Both the position numbers and the translations under genes were made by a program. Of a stretch of 64,000 nucleotides of DNA, positions 19,876 through 29,586 are shown one piece after another. Location: assembly GCA_963700055.1 (NCBI GenBank), contig CAVOWH010000004.1:141250-205249 (forward strand). The letters are read 5' to 3'. How positions within the stretch are numbered: the first letter of the stretch is position 1; the number at the start of each line of letters is the position of its first letter. Origin of the DNA: an uncultured delta proteobacterium (GTDB lineage Bacteria; Desulfobacterota; Desulfobacteria; Desulfobacterales; SpSt-501). The notes beneath the pieces were generated by a model. That model was not told the DNA's origin. It saw only the letters and a list, made by a program, of their open reading frames with translations, and made no database searches.

Positions 19876-20649
19876 TCATTGCTTGCGCCGCTGCGCGCGC
19901 TCCGCCAGGAAGCGGCGCATGTACTCTTGAGGCTCACCGGTTTCGTAGGCTTCGCGGTGGTAGCGAACCGCCGCATCCATGGTTTCTTGAAAACTGGCTT
20001 CCGTGACTTCCTGGAAACGCTTTTTTATGAGTCGCATGGCGTGAGGGGGTTTTGCGGCCAGCTCCTTGGCCGTTTTCATGGCTGCGCGCCTCAGTTCTTC
20101 TCGAGGAACTAGTTGGTGGATAATCCCGGTGTGTAAGCACTCCTCGGCATTCATCATGCGTCCCATCAGGGTGAGCTCTATGGTGCGAGATAGCCCCAGC
20201 ATCTCGCGCATGATCCAGGGACCCGTGATGCTCAAAATGCCGGAATTTATTTCCGGTTGGCCCATCATCACCCCGGGATGGCCAATTCGGACGTCGGCCA
20301 ACAGCGCCACCTGGAAACCCGAGCCGGCAGCAACTCCGTTCAAGGCTGCCACTAGTGGCTTCGACAGGCGCCTGATCGACCCGTATAGCACCCGCCATTC
20401 TTCGATCCAGGCTTCAGCCCCATCAGGGTCGAACTCCTTTGCCTCTTTGAGGTCTTGGCCTGCACAAAAAGCCCGCTCTCCGGAACCTGTCAAAAGAATA
20501 GCACGAATGGCCGCATTGCACTCAAATTCCCTGAGCGAAGCAATCAGCTCATTTCTCATGGATCGGTTCCAGGCATTCAGGGACTCTGGCCGGTTCAACG
20601 TTATGAGGCCAACATCCCCCTCCGCCTGAACAACGAGAAACTGCAACAT
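19876..20649 (-). CDS. Crotonase/enoyl-CoA hydratase-superfamily enzyme, CarB/ThnE-like subtype
   Basis: LNRPESLNA, FCAGQDL, GVAAGSGFQVAL and GQPEINSG (single catalytic Glu). Start placed at MLQFLVV (20649). Confidence 0.88.
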   Translation of the reverse strand: MLQFLVVQAEGDVGLITLNRPESLNAWNRSMRNELIASLREFECNAAIRAILLTGSGERAFCAGQDLKEAKEFDPDGAEAWIEEWRVLYGSIRRLSKPLVAALNGVAAGSGFQVALLADVRIGHPGVMMGQPEINSGILSITGPWIMREMLGLSRTIELTLMGRMMNAEECLHTGIIHQLVPREELRRAAMKTAKELAAKPPHAMRLIKKRFQEVTEASFQETMDAAVRYHREAYETGEPQEYMRRFLAERAQRRKQ

Positions 20650-20715
20650 GGCAATCCTTTTTCTTGCAGGTATAGGAAATTGGCCTTGTGACCGATTTAA
20701 TGATTCGATCCTGAG

Positions 20716-20745
20716 TGAATAGCAGCGCCGAAGGAAAGCTGTCAA
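20716..20745 (-). promoter_or_regulatory. Candidate sigma70 promoter for the catabolic cluster
   Basis: Minus-strand TTGACA-N18-TATTCA upstream of the crotonase gene. Confidence 0.35.
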
Positions 20746-20800
20746 GCAATTCTTAGGCAAGCGGCTTGTTTACTGAAAGGACTGATGGTAAACAGGTGGC

Positions 20801-21499
20801 ATGAGCGTGAAACCAACTCCGGCACCCCCGGCCGTCATCGGCATCCTGGTGATGGATGCCCGCATCGAGCGGATCCCCGGGGATGTCGGCAACCCGGCGA
20901 CCTTTCCTTTCCCGGTGATCTGCCGCACGGTGGCCGGCGCCACCCTCAAGCGGCTGATCAGCAACCGCGATCGATCGCTGCTGACGCCGTTTACCGAAGC
21001 CGGGTGGGAACTTGTGCGGCAGGGGGTGCGGGCACTGACCACGAGCTGCGGGTTCATGATCCTTTTTCAGGAGGAGCTTGCACGGGAGTTCCCGGTACCG
21101 GTGCTCACGTCAAGCCTGCTGCAGTTGCCCTTCATCCAGGCGGCCCTGCGCCCTCAGGATCGAATCGGAATTATAACCGCCGATGCTTCCAACCTGACAC
21201 CGGAGCACCTGAGCCAAGCCGGCGGAGACACGGGCAGGATCACGGTGGCCGGGCTTGAAAACCAGCCCAAATTCAGAGAAGCGATTTTCGAAGAAACCGG
21301 ACGTATCGATGTTCAGGGCGTCGAATCGGAAGTGGTGGAACAGGCCAAGCGCATGGTTACGGCCGACCCGCGTATCGCCGCGATCCTCTTCGAATGCGCC
21401 AACCTCCCGCCCTTCGCGGCCGCCGTCCGGGCGGCTATCGGGCTGCCGGTCTTTGACGCCGTCACCATGATCAGGCATGTGCATGCGGCGCTTGCATAG
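20801..21499 (+). CDS. Asp/Glu/hydantoin racemase-family protein
   Basis: RIPGDVGNPATFPFPV family signature and paired Cys motifs TTSCGF and FECANLPP; divergent from the cluster. Confidence 0.85.
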   Translation: MSVKPTPAPPAVIGILVMDARIERIPGDVGNPATFPFPVICRTVAGATLKRLISNRDRSLLTPFTEAGWELVRQGVRALTTSCGFMILFQEELAREFPVPVLTSSLLQLPFIQAALRPQDRIGIITADASNLTPEHLSQAGGDTGRITVAGLENQPKFREAIFEETGRIDVQGVESEVVEQAKRMVTADPRIAAILFECANLPPFAAAVRAAIGLPVFDAVTMIRHVHAALA

Positions 21500-21700
21500 A
21501 GGTGGTAAACCTTTGAACCTCCAAACAAAAATTTGGCTTTAGCTCCTCTGGGAAGGGCTGCGCGGCGCAGGGCTTTTTCTGATGCCAGTATGTCGGGGTC
21601 TTTTGAGCCCCGGAATTTCGTTTTCATGGATTGTCTCTCGTTGTTATCAACGGCTTCGGGCGTTTTTTCAATGATTGGAACGAGCAGAGAAAGACATCAA

Positions 21701-22219
21701 CTAACGGTCAAAAAAGAGGTTTTTACCTGTCGCCGCCAGCGGAACCCCCATCACGAAATCCCAGTCCACCACCTTCGTTTCGCGCGCCACCGTGCCGATG
21801 CGGTACATGATGCGGTTGTCCACGTTGAGGAAGCTCGCGGTCTTGACGGCCGAGCCCAGGGCGATGCCCATGTCGAGCAGGCGGAACGCGCAGATCGGGC
21901 CATAAAACTCCCGCGCCTGCTGGGGCTGCTGCTCGAAGCTCTTGCAGTCCGGGTATCCGCAGGCTCCGCAGTCGAGCCCGACAGGCTTGGAGTCTTTCAG
22001 GCCGATGAGCACCACCGCGCCGGAGCGGGCGACTCCTTTGGCGTCGCGGTCGAAATCCTTTTTGCCGGTCCGCTCGCCGAACCGCACCATCCCATCCGCG
22101 AGTCTCTGAAGCGCATCTCCGGTCAGGACGAGCGTCTGCACGAAATTGACGCCCTTGCTCTTGGGGGCGGTCACCGCGGAGAGCTCCATCAACTTGGCCG
22201 CAATTTCAATGGCATCCAT
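21701..22219 (-). CDS. DUF2148 ferredoxin-like-domain protein
   Basis: TAPKSKG, DCGACGYPDC, DMGIALGSA and DNRIMYRIG. Confidence 0.85.
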   Translation of the reverse strand: MDAIEIAAKLMELSAVTAPKSKGVNFVQTLVLTGDALQRLADGMVRFGERTGKKDFDRDAKGVARSGAVVLIGLKDSKPVGLDCGACGYPDCKSFEQQPQQAREFYGPICAFRLLDMGIALGSAVKTASFLNVDNRIMYRIGTVARETKVVDWDFVMGVPLAATGKNLFFDR

Positions 22220-22276
22220 TCATCCGGCTCCTTTCGGGTTTACTTAACGCTTTTCGCTGTTTAAAATAGTGTTGTT

Positions 22277-23230
22277 ATGCATCGTTATACCTTACACCGC
22301 TGGCAGCACAACCATCGTTTTCATGTGGATCACGGCCATGGCGAGCGCGCCACCCGCCGGGTGATCGCGCTCACCCTGACAATGATGGTGGTCGAAATCG
22401 CCGCCGGCATGGCCTTCGGCTCGATGGCGCTGCTGGCGGACGGCTGGCACATGGGCACTCACGCCGTGGCGCTGGGCATCACGGCCCTGGCATATTACTT
22501 CGCCCGGCGCCATGCCGACAACCCCCGTTTCACCTTCGGCACCGGCAAGGTCGGCGAACTGGGGGGATTCGCCAGCGCCGCGGTGCTCGTGGTGGTTGCG
22601 ATCGTCATGGCGGCCGAGTCGGTGCAACGGCTGATCGCCCCCCACCCCATCCGCTTCAACGAAGCCATCGCGGTGGCCGTGGTCGGGCTGATCGTCAACG
22701 TCATCAGCGCCCTCATGCTCCAGGACCGGCACGATCACGATCCCGCGGAAGAGCACGGCAAAGGGCACCACCACGATCACAATCTCAAGGCTGCCTATCT
22801 GCACGTGCTGGCCGACGCCCTCACCTCGGTTCTGGCCATCGTGGCGCTGTCGGCCGGCAAGGCTTTCGGCTGGGTGTGGATGGATCCCGCCATGGGGATC
22901 GTCGGCGCGGTGATCATCACCAAATGGGCCTACGGCTTGCTGATGGACACCGGGCGAATCCTGCTCGACCGCGATGTCGACCCGCGCTTCGTCTCCGGGA
23001 TCGTGCGGCGGATCGAAGCGGAGTCCGACAGCCGGGTGTCCGACATCCATGTGTGGAGGGTGGGCGCCGGCAGTCTTTCCGTGATCCTCTCGATCGTCAC
23101 CCACCACCCGCAACCCCCCGAGCATTACAAACAGCTGATCGGCGATCTCGACGAGGTCGCGCACGTCACCGTGGAAGTAAACCGCTGCGAGGGCGAAGTC
23201 TGCATTCAGCCGCCCGTTCCAGGCGGCTGA
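22277..23230 (+). CDS. dmeF: CDF-family Co/Ni efflux transporter (DmeF-like)
   Basis: SMALLADGWHMGTH, His-rich loop HDHD...HHHDHNLKAAYLHVLADA and VTVE. Confidence 0.88.
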   Translation: MHRYTLHRWQHNHRFHVDHGHGERATRRVIALTLTMMVVEIAAGMAFGSMALLADGWHMGTHAVALGITALAYYFARRHADNPRFTFGTGKVGELGGFASAAVLVVVAIVMAAESVQRLIAPHPIRFNEAIAVAVVGLIVNVISALMLQDRHDHDPAEEHGKGHHHDHNLKAAYLHVLADALTSVLAIVALSAGKAFGWVWMDPAMGIVGAVIITKWAYGLLMDTGRILLDRDVDPRFVSGIVRRIEAESDSRVSDIHVWRVGAGSLSVILSIVTHHPQPPEHYKQLIGDLDEVAHVTVEVNRCEGEVCIQPPVPGG

Positions 23231-23387
23231 ATTGATAACATGAGAACAGCCCCTGCTTGATCGAATCCTGTGGGAGCGGCTTTCCAGCCGCGATAATCGA
23301 GGCTGAAAGCCTCTCGCACAGGATAGAGAACTTCGCCAATCTCTCGGATGGTGAGGTGCTCCTTGACCCCGTTTTAGGTAAAAGCCT

Positions 23388-23428
23388 CAAAAGCAACAGG
23401 GGCGACCTCGGTATCGCGGCCGCCCCTG
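23388..23428 (-). terminator. Probable intrinsic terminator of pckG
   Basis: Stem CAGGGGCG(G/A)CC with its complement, followed on the minus strand by TTGCTTTT, about 22 nt after the pckG stop. Confidence 0.55.
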
Positions 23429-23450
23429 CTCATCCTGAATCGTTGATACG

Positions 23451-25247
23451 CTAACCGAGGCGCTCCTTCAAGGCCCTGAGCTGGGCATCCAGGCGCGCCG
23501 GCAGCCGGTCGCCGAACTGCTTGAAGTGTTGGTCGATGTCGGGGAGCTCGGCCTTCCAGGCGGCCGCGTCCACCCTCATCAGCTCGGCCAGGTCCTCGGC
23601 GGGGATCGCAAGCCCCGTGAGATCGAGTTCGCCGTCCTGCGGCAGGATGCCGATCGGCGTCTGGCGGCCTTGGGCTTTGCCGCTGACCCGTTCGCACATC
23701 CACTTCAGCACCCGGCTGTTTTCGCTGTAGCCCGGCCAAAGCCACTTGCCCTCGGGGCTCTTGCGGAACCAGTTGACGTAAAAGATGCGCGGGGCCTTGG
23801 CGCCCAGCTTGTCGCCCATGGTGAACCAGTGCTGGAAGTAGTCGCCCATGTTGTAGCCGCAGAAGGGCTTCATCGCAAAGGGGTCGCGCCGCAGGTTGCC
23901 CACCGCGCCGATGTTGGCGGCCGTGGTCTCGGATGCGGCCGTGGACCCCATGAACACCCCGTGGTCCCAGTTGTACGCTTCGTGCACCAGGGGCACCACG
24001 CTGGCGCGCCGGCCGCCGAAGACGAAGATGTCGATCGGGACCCCTTCCAGCTTCTCCCAGTCCGGGCTGATGACCGGGCACTGCCGCGCCGGCGCCGTGA
24101 ATCGGGCGTTGGGGTGGGCCGCATCCGCCTTGCTGGCAGGCGTCCAGTCCTTGCCTTTCCAGTCGATGGCGTGCGCCGGCGGCGGGCCGTCGAAGCCCTC
24201 CCACCAGATGTCGCCGTTGTCGGCCAGCGCGCAGTTGGTGAAGATGACGTTTTCTTTCAACGTGTCCATGGCGGCCGGGTTGGAGTCGTAGGAGGTCCCG
24301 GGCGCAACCCCGAAGAAGCCGCTTTCCGGGTTGATGGCGTAAAGCCGGCCGTCGGGCAGGACCTTCATCCACGAGATGTCATCCCCGATGCACTCGGCCT
24401 TCCAGCCGGGGATGGTGGGGTGGACCATGGCGAGGTTGGTCTTGCCGCAGGCCGAAGGGAAGGCCGCCGCGATGTGGAAGCGCCGGCCCTCGGGGTTCGT
24501 CAGGCGCAGGATCAGCATGTGCTCGGCCATCCAGCCTTCGCGCCGGGCCACGGCCGAAGCGATCCGCAATGCCAGGCATTTTTTCCCGAGCAGGGCGTTG
24601 CCGCCGTAGCCGGAGCCGTAGGACCAGATCAGGTTTTCATCCGGGAAGTGGCTGATGTATTTCTGCTCGATGGGTGCGCACGGCCAGGGAACGTCCTTCT
24701 GCCCCTTTTCGAGGGGCGCGCCGATGGAGTGCAGGCAGGGGATGAACTCGCCGTCTGTGCCCAGAACGCCTATGACCTTGGCCCCCACGCGGGTCATGAT
24801 GTGCATGTTGCAGACCACGTAGGGGCTGTCGGTGATCTCGATGCCGATCTTGGCCAGCGGCGAGCCGACCGGGCCCATGGAGAAGGGGATCACATAGAGG
24901 GTGCGGCCACGCATGCAGCCCTTGTAGAAGCCGGTCATGGTCTTCTTGAGCTCGACGGGATCGATCCAGTTGTTGGTGGGGCCGGCTTCGATCTTGCTGG
25001 GCGTGCTGATATAGGTGCGGTCCTCCACCCGGGCGACGTCGCTGGGGTCCGAACGGAAGAGAAAGCTGTTGGGGCGCGTCCTTAGCGGGATGGCCATGCC
25101 GCTGCCAACCATCTGAGCCATGAGGCGGTCGTATTCGGCGGCGGAGCCGTCGCACCAGTAAACGCTGTCCGGCTGACACAAAGTGGCGCATTCCTGAACC
25201 CACTGGTTGAGCTTGGTGTTGGTAGAAGGTGATTTCATTCCGCTCAT
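23451..25247 (-). CDS. pckG: Phosphoenolpyruvate carboxykinase (GTP)
   Basis: [40 protein letters not shown] and FCGYN. Confidence 0.98.
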   Translation of the reverse strand: MSGMKSPSTNTKLNQWVQECATLCQPDSVYWCDGSAAEYDRLMAQMVGSGMAIPLRTRPNSFLFRSDPSDVARVEDRTYISTPSKIEAGPTNNWIDPVELKKTMTGFYKGCMRGRTLYVIPFSMGPVGSPLAKIGIEITDSPYVVCNMHIMTRVGAKVIGVLGTDGEFIPCLHSIGAPLEKGQKDVPWPCAPIEQKYISHFPDENLIWSYGSGYGGNALLGKKCLALRIASAVARREGWMAEHMLILRLTNPEGRRFHIAAAFPSACGKTNLAMVHPTIPGWKAECIGDDISWMKVLPDGRLYAINPESGFFGVAPGTSYDSNPAAMDTLKENVIFTNCALADNGDIWWEGFDGPPPAHAIDWKGKDWTPASKADAAHPNARFTAPARQCPVISPDWEKLEGVPIDIFVFGGRRASVVPLVHEAYNWDHGVFMGSTAASETTAANIGAVGNLRRDPFAMKPFCGYNMGDYFQHWFTMGDKLGAKAPRIFYVNWFRKSPEGKWLWPGYSENSRVLKWMCERVSGKAQGRQTPIGILPQDGELDLTGLAIPAEDLAELMRVDAAAWKAELPDIDQHFKQFGDRLPARLDAQLRALKERLG

Positions 25248-25360
25248 TCTCCGGTTGTTGAAGTAATTTAGGATTGGATTTGACCGTTGACGTTATTTTA
25301 CCCCATGTGAGTTGTCAAGGAAAGCTTTCGGACTATAGCCTACTGTTTTACTTCACTTTT

Positions 25361-25675
25361 TTACTCCACACGCCCTCCAGATTCCTTCCAGGCCTTGAGG
25401 CCGCCTTCGATGTAGCGGACGTTCACCTGTGCGCGAGTGAGATTCTCGGTGATGGACTGGCTGACGGACCCGCCCTTGACGCAGTAAACCACCACCAACC
25501 GGTCCTTCGGAAGCTCACGGCCCCAAGTTTCCACTTTCTCGGGATCGCGCCAAGCCGCACCGGGGATGAGCCGGGGCGCAGTTTCGTAGTCGGCTTTGCG
25601 CCGCACGTCTATGAGGGTCACTTTTTTACTGTCGAGCAGTTTTTTAAGTTCTTCTGGATTGAGGGTTGGATTCAT
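25361..25675 (-). CDS. Single-domain rhodanese-like protein
   Basis: LIDVR, IPGA, VVYCVKGG (active-site Cys retained) and IEGGLKAW. Confidence 0.88.
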   Translation of the reverse strand: MNPTLNPEELKKLLDSKKVTLIDVRRKADYETAPRLIPGAAWRDPEKVETWGRELPKDRLVVVYCVKGGSVSQSITENLTRAQVNVRYIEGGLKAWKESGGRVE

Positions 25676-25976
25676 GTTCTCTTCCTTGTCACAGCCGGAT
25701 GACTTCCCACCGCGATCATCACACTTGCGCGGCCGGCCTGATTTGTGTTAAACAATTATACAAAGCTCAGTTTCTGACTCGTTCCGAAGGTATCCTATTT
25801 TCCGCTTTCATATTGTTATTCTCACGCTGTTTCATAAAAAGCAATTACAGATCATTCTCCCTTGAGCCTTTGCGGAAAAGACATTTATCCCTGACGCTTG
25901 CCGGTTTTACATCGTCCGCAGCTAAAGAGGCGCCTTAACATAACAAACGGAATTCTTAAGGGAGAGAGGCCGCATT

Positions 25977-27389
25977 ATGCCAGAGGATCACATCCGGGGC
26001 CTGGCGGGCATCAACGACATAGCCGACCCGAAGCTCGCCGCAGCCTCCTCGTATCCAAACGAACAACGATACCGAACCTTGGTGGAACTGACAAGCGACT
26101 GGATATGGGAGGTGGATCCAAACGGAAGATATACCTTCAGCAACCGAAAAGCCGAAGATATCCTCGGCTATTCGCCGCAGGAAATCGTCGGCCGAACGCC
26201 GTTTGATTTCATGCCTCCTGATGAGGCCAAAAGGCTGGCCCGCATCTTCCGCGAATTCGCAGGCACACAAAAGTCGTTTTCGCGCTTGGAAAATATCAAC
26301 CTGCACAAGTCCGGCCGCCAGGTTGTCCTGGAAACCAGCGGCGTGCCGATTTTCGACGAGAAGGGTGAGTTCCGCGGGTTCAGGGGGATCGATCGCGATG
26401 TCACCGCTCGCAAGAAGCTAGAGGGAGACATCCGGAAAGCCCGCGAGGCGCTGGAGAAGAAAGTCAAACGAACAGCCTTGGAAATCGAGGCAAAAAAAAC
26501 CACCCTGCAGCAGGAGATCGAAAAACGCAAGCAAATCCAAACCGAACTGGCACAAAGCGAAAACCAATTCCAATCTCTGGTGGAGACCCTGAACGAGGGC
26601 TTCGGAATCGTGGATGCTGAAGGCCGGTTTACCTATGTCAACTGTAAGCTACTCGAGATGTTGGGCTATGCCCGCAGCGAGGTGCTGGGAAAAAAAGTCA
26701 GCGCCTTCATGGACGGGAGGAACCTCCGCATTTACAAGAAGCAGCTGGACATGCGCCAGAAAGGCATTGAAGCGCCTTATGAAATCCAGTTCGCCACCAA
26801 GGACGGCAGGACCATAGCAACCATCGTGTCGCCCAGGGCGATATTTGACGCGGACGGTCGGTTCCAGGGGAGCTTTGCCGTCGTCACCGACATCAGCGCG
26901 ATGAAAACCGCCGAAAAAGACCTGCGCCGCCGGGAGCAACAGCTCCGGGAAAAAACGCTGCGCCTGCAGGAAATGAACACGGCGCTTGAGGTCCTGCTGC
27001 GCAAGCGCGAGCAGGACAAGACCATCATCCAGAAGAGAGTCCTTGCCAACCTCAAGCGGCTGGTGGCACCCTATCTGGATGCTCTCGCCGAATCGCGGCT
27101 GAGCGAACGCCAGCGGTTTCTGGTGGACATCTTGAAAACCAATCTCGGCGAGGTCATGTCGCCCTTTGCTGCCAAACTCTCGACGTCCCAGATTGACCTC
27201 ACCAAGTCGGAGCTGGAGATCGCCAATCTGGTCAGACTGGGAAAGAGCACCGGACAGATCGCCAGCGCCCTGAACATTTCCTACAAGACCGCTGAAACTC
27301 ACCGCTGGCGAATCCGCAAAAAATTGGGGCTGACGCATCGCAAGGCCAATTTGATGAGCTACCTATCGAAACTGGACGATCCCTTATAA
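25977..27389 (+). CDS. PAS-PAS-LuxR HTH one-component regulator
   Basis: Two PAS/PAC domains (ending DRDVT and TDIS), a coiled coil, and LTKSELEIANLVRLGKSTGQIA...HRWRIRKKLG; no REC domain. Confidence 0.9.
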   Translation: MPEDHIRGLAGINDIADPKLAAASSYPNEQRYRTLVELTSDWIWEVDPNGRYTFSNRKAEDILGYSPQEIVGRTPFDFMPPDEAKRLARIFREFAGTQKSFSRLENINLHKSGRQVVLETSGVPIFDEKGEFRGFRGIDRDVTARKKLEGDIRKAREALEKKVKRTALEIEAKKTTLQQEIEKRKQIQTELAQSENQFQSLVETLNEGFGIVDAEGRFTYVNCKLLEMLGYARSEVLGKKVSAFMDGRNLRIYKKQLDMRQKGIEAPYEIQFATKDGRTIATIVSPRAIFDADGRFQGSFAVVTDISAMKTAEKDLRRREQQLREKTLRLQEMNTALEVLLRKREQDKTIIQKRVLANLKRLVAPYLDALAESRLSERQRFLVDILKTNLGEVMSPFAAKLSTSQIDLTKSELEIANLVRLGKSTGQIASALNISYKTAETHRWRIRKKLGLTHRKANLMSYLSKLDDPL

Positions 27390-27673
27390 AAATTAAGGGA
27401 ATTCTGAGGGAAAAATCGGGTTTTATTTAAAGTAAACATCTTGTAACATACTGCCTGCCAGGCAGGTTGAGCTTGCACCTCCCCTGACTGGGTGCGATTG
27501 TCAAGGGGTGGCGCCGCGACGCCACCCCGAGGCGGCTGTGCCGGCAGCGTTCTTGACCCCGGACGGACCAGCGGCTCCGCCACTCGTTCGCTTCTGATTA
27601 TCCCGCACCCCTGCCGCGCGGCCACCGCCGGATTTCTCTCGCCTTCCAACTCCAGACAGAAGAGGGGAATATT

Positions 27674-28975
27674 ATGCCCAAGGCCGCACGGACTCCAGTG
27701 GTACCATCAAAGAAACCCCTTGCTCCTCAAACCGGCCCCGCGACCGAGAAGGTCTTAAGGGTCAGCGAGGAAAAATGCGCCATGATCCTGGAGAACATCC
27801 AGGACGGCTATTACGAGGTCGATCTGGACGGCAACTACACGTTTTTCAATGAAGGGCTGCTGCGCATCACCGGCTATCCCCGTGAAGAGATGCTCGGCCT
27901 GAACAACCGCAGAATCGTGGATGAATACAACCGAAAAAGAGTATTTAAAGTCTTCAACCAGGTTTACCTTACGGGAGTGCCGGCTCATGCCTTCGACTGG
28001 GAATGCATCCGCAAGGACGGCAGCCGGCGGTTCGTGGAGGTGTCGGTGTCCCTCAAAAAAGATGCCGACAACCACCCCATCGGTTTCATGGGCATCGCCC
28101 GGGACATCACTCAGCGCAAGTTGGCGGAGCAGGCGCTCCGGGAAAGCGAAGATCGCTACCGCATGATCATCGAAAACATCCAGGACGGTTACTACGAGGT
28201 CGATCTGGACGGCAACTACACGTTTTTCAATGAAGGACTGCTGTGCATCACCGGCTATCCCCGTGAAGAGATGCTCGGCCTGAACAACCGCAGAATCGTG
28301 GATGACTACAACAACAAGCGGGTCTTCAATACTTTCCACCAGGTCTATCTGACGGGAGTCCCGGCTCACGCCTTCGACTGGGAATGCATCCGCAAGGACG
28401 GCACCCGGCGATTTGTGGAGGTGTCGGTGTCCCTCAAGCGGGACATCCACGGCAAGCCCCTGGGGTTCATGGGGATCGCCCGCGACATCACCGAACGAAA
28501 AAAATATCAGGCCGAGCTCGAAGCCAAAGAAACCGAGTTGAAGCAGAAGAACAAGAGTCTCGAGGAGGCTAACACGGCCCTGAACGTTCTAATGAAGAAA
28601 GTGGAAGAACACCGGGTCGCCAACGAGAATGCCCTCCGGAACAACCTCAACAAAGTCGCCCTGCCCTACCTGCAGAAGGCAAAGGAGAAAATCAGAGACA
28701 AGGCCGCCGCGGAATACCTGCGCTTGCTGGAAGAAAGCTTGGCTTCCATTTTTGCGCCCTTCGCCCACGATCTGGCGCCCAGCCACCCCCAGCTGACCTC
28801 CACCGAAATCGATGTGGCCAACTTCATCGTTCTGGGAAAGCGCACCAAGGAAATCGCGGACGTTCTAAGCGTCAGCTCCAAAGCCGTGGAAGTTCACCGG
28901 AACAACCTGCGCCGCAAATTCGGCCTGACCAACCAGAAGACCGGACTGCGCACCCACCTGCTCTCCCTGCGCTGA
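27674..28975 (+). CDS. PAS-PAS-LuxR HTH one-component regulator with internally duplicated PAS
   Basis: Two near-identical PAS/PAC units and LTSTEIDVANFIVLGKRTKEIA...HRNNLRRKFG. Confidence 0.92.
   Translation: MPKAARTPVVPSKKPLAPQTGPATEKVLRVSEEKCAMILENIQDGYYEVDLDGNYTFFNEGLLRITGYPREEMLGLNNRRIVDEYNRKRVFKVFNQVYLTGVPAHAFDWECIRKDGSRRFVEVSVSLKKDADNHPIGFMGIARDITQRKLAEQALRESEDRYRMIIENIQDGYYEVDLDGNYTFFNEGLLCITGYPREEMLGLNNRRIVDDYNNKRVFNTFHQVYLTGVPAHAFDWECIRKDGTRRFVEVSVSLKRDIHGKPLGFMGIARDITERKKYQAELEAKETELKQKNKSLEEANTALNVLMKKVEEHRVANENALRNNLNKVALPYLQKAKEKIRDKAAAEYLRLLEESLASIFAPFAHDLAPSHPQLTSTEIDVANFIVLGKRTKEIADVLSVSSKAVEVHRNNLRRKFGLTNQKTGLRTHLLSLR
27782..28500 (+). repeat. Intragenic tandem duplication, period 381 bp
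   Basis: ATGATC at 27782 and 28163, followed by long identical DNA runs such as GAGGTCGATCTGGACGGCAACTACACGTTTTTCAATGAAGG in both copies. Confidence 0.95.
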
Positions 28976-29214
28976 CACGATTCGTCTTTTTCCTCATCCG
29001 GCCTTCGTGCTTCCGACCGCCCAGCACGCTACCACTAGTGGTTTTCCCAGTTTCCCACGCTTGAAGCCTAGTACTTTCTTAGGATTTTAATTGGGTTGTA
29101 TTCCTGCGAGGCCGTGCTTTAATTAAACCCAACGCAGCGGCCTGTCTCACCGGTCGGTAGAAGTCAGGCGAGCTGCCGCAACGCCAACCACTTAAACAGC
29201 AGAGGGAGGTCGAA

Positions 29215-29565
29215 ATGAAAACAAGACTCGTCATCATGGCTTTAATCTGTCTGACGGCAGGCGTCGGAGCTTTTCCGGCCCAAGCTGGTGGGCCTTCCAT
29301 CGACCAGCAGAAGAGCTATTATCTGGATTGCATCGACCAGGAGATCGAAAATTACAGCTGCAAGGTGGTGCTGACCAACTCGCGGTCCAAGAACTTGAGG
29401 GCGTATGGCGGCGAGGCGTCGCAAAAAGCCCAGTTCCTGACGCAAAACAAAGACGCCCTGGTGCAGGAGATGACGGTTCAAAACGTCAGCCTGCGGCCGC
29501 ATGCGGTGCACCAGTACCTGCTTCAGCGTTTCAACCGGGAAACCTTCGCTTATGCTGCCGAGTAG
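29215..29565 (+). CDS. Hypothetical secreted protein
   Basis: RBS GGGAGG, Sec signal peptide ending AQA, and two Cys residues. Confidence 0.75.
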   Translation: MKTRLVIMALICLTAGVGAFPAQAGGPSIDQQKSYYLDCIDQEIENYSCKVVLTNSRSKNLRAYGGEASQKAQFLTQNKDALVQEMTVQNVSLRPHAVHQYLLQRFNRETFAYAAE

Positions 29566-29586
29566 CGACCATGAGAGGAGTGCGCC

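Noticed and set aside
23526-25085. Long antisense ORFs over pckG (519 aa), fdhA (31859-34753, 964 aa) and many other genes
   Set aside because: These are shadows of strong GC3 bias on the coding strand; they carry no motifs or RBS.
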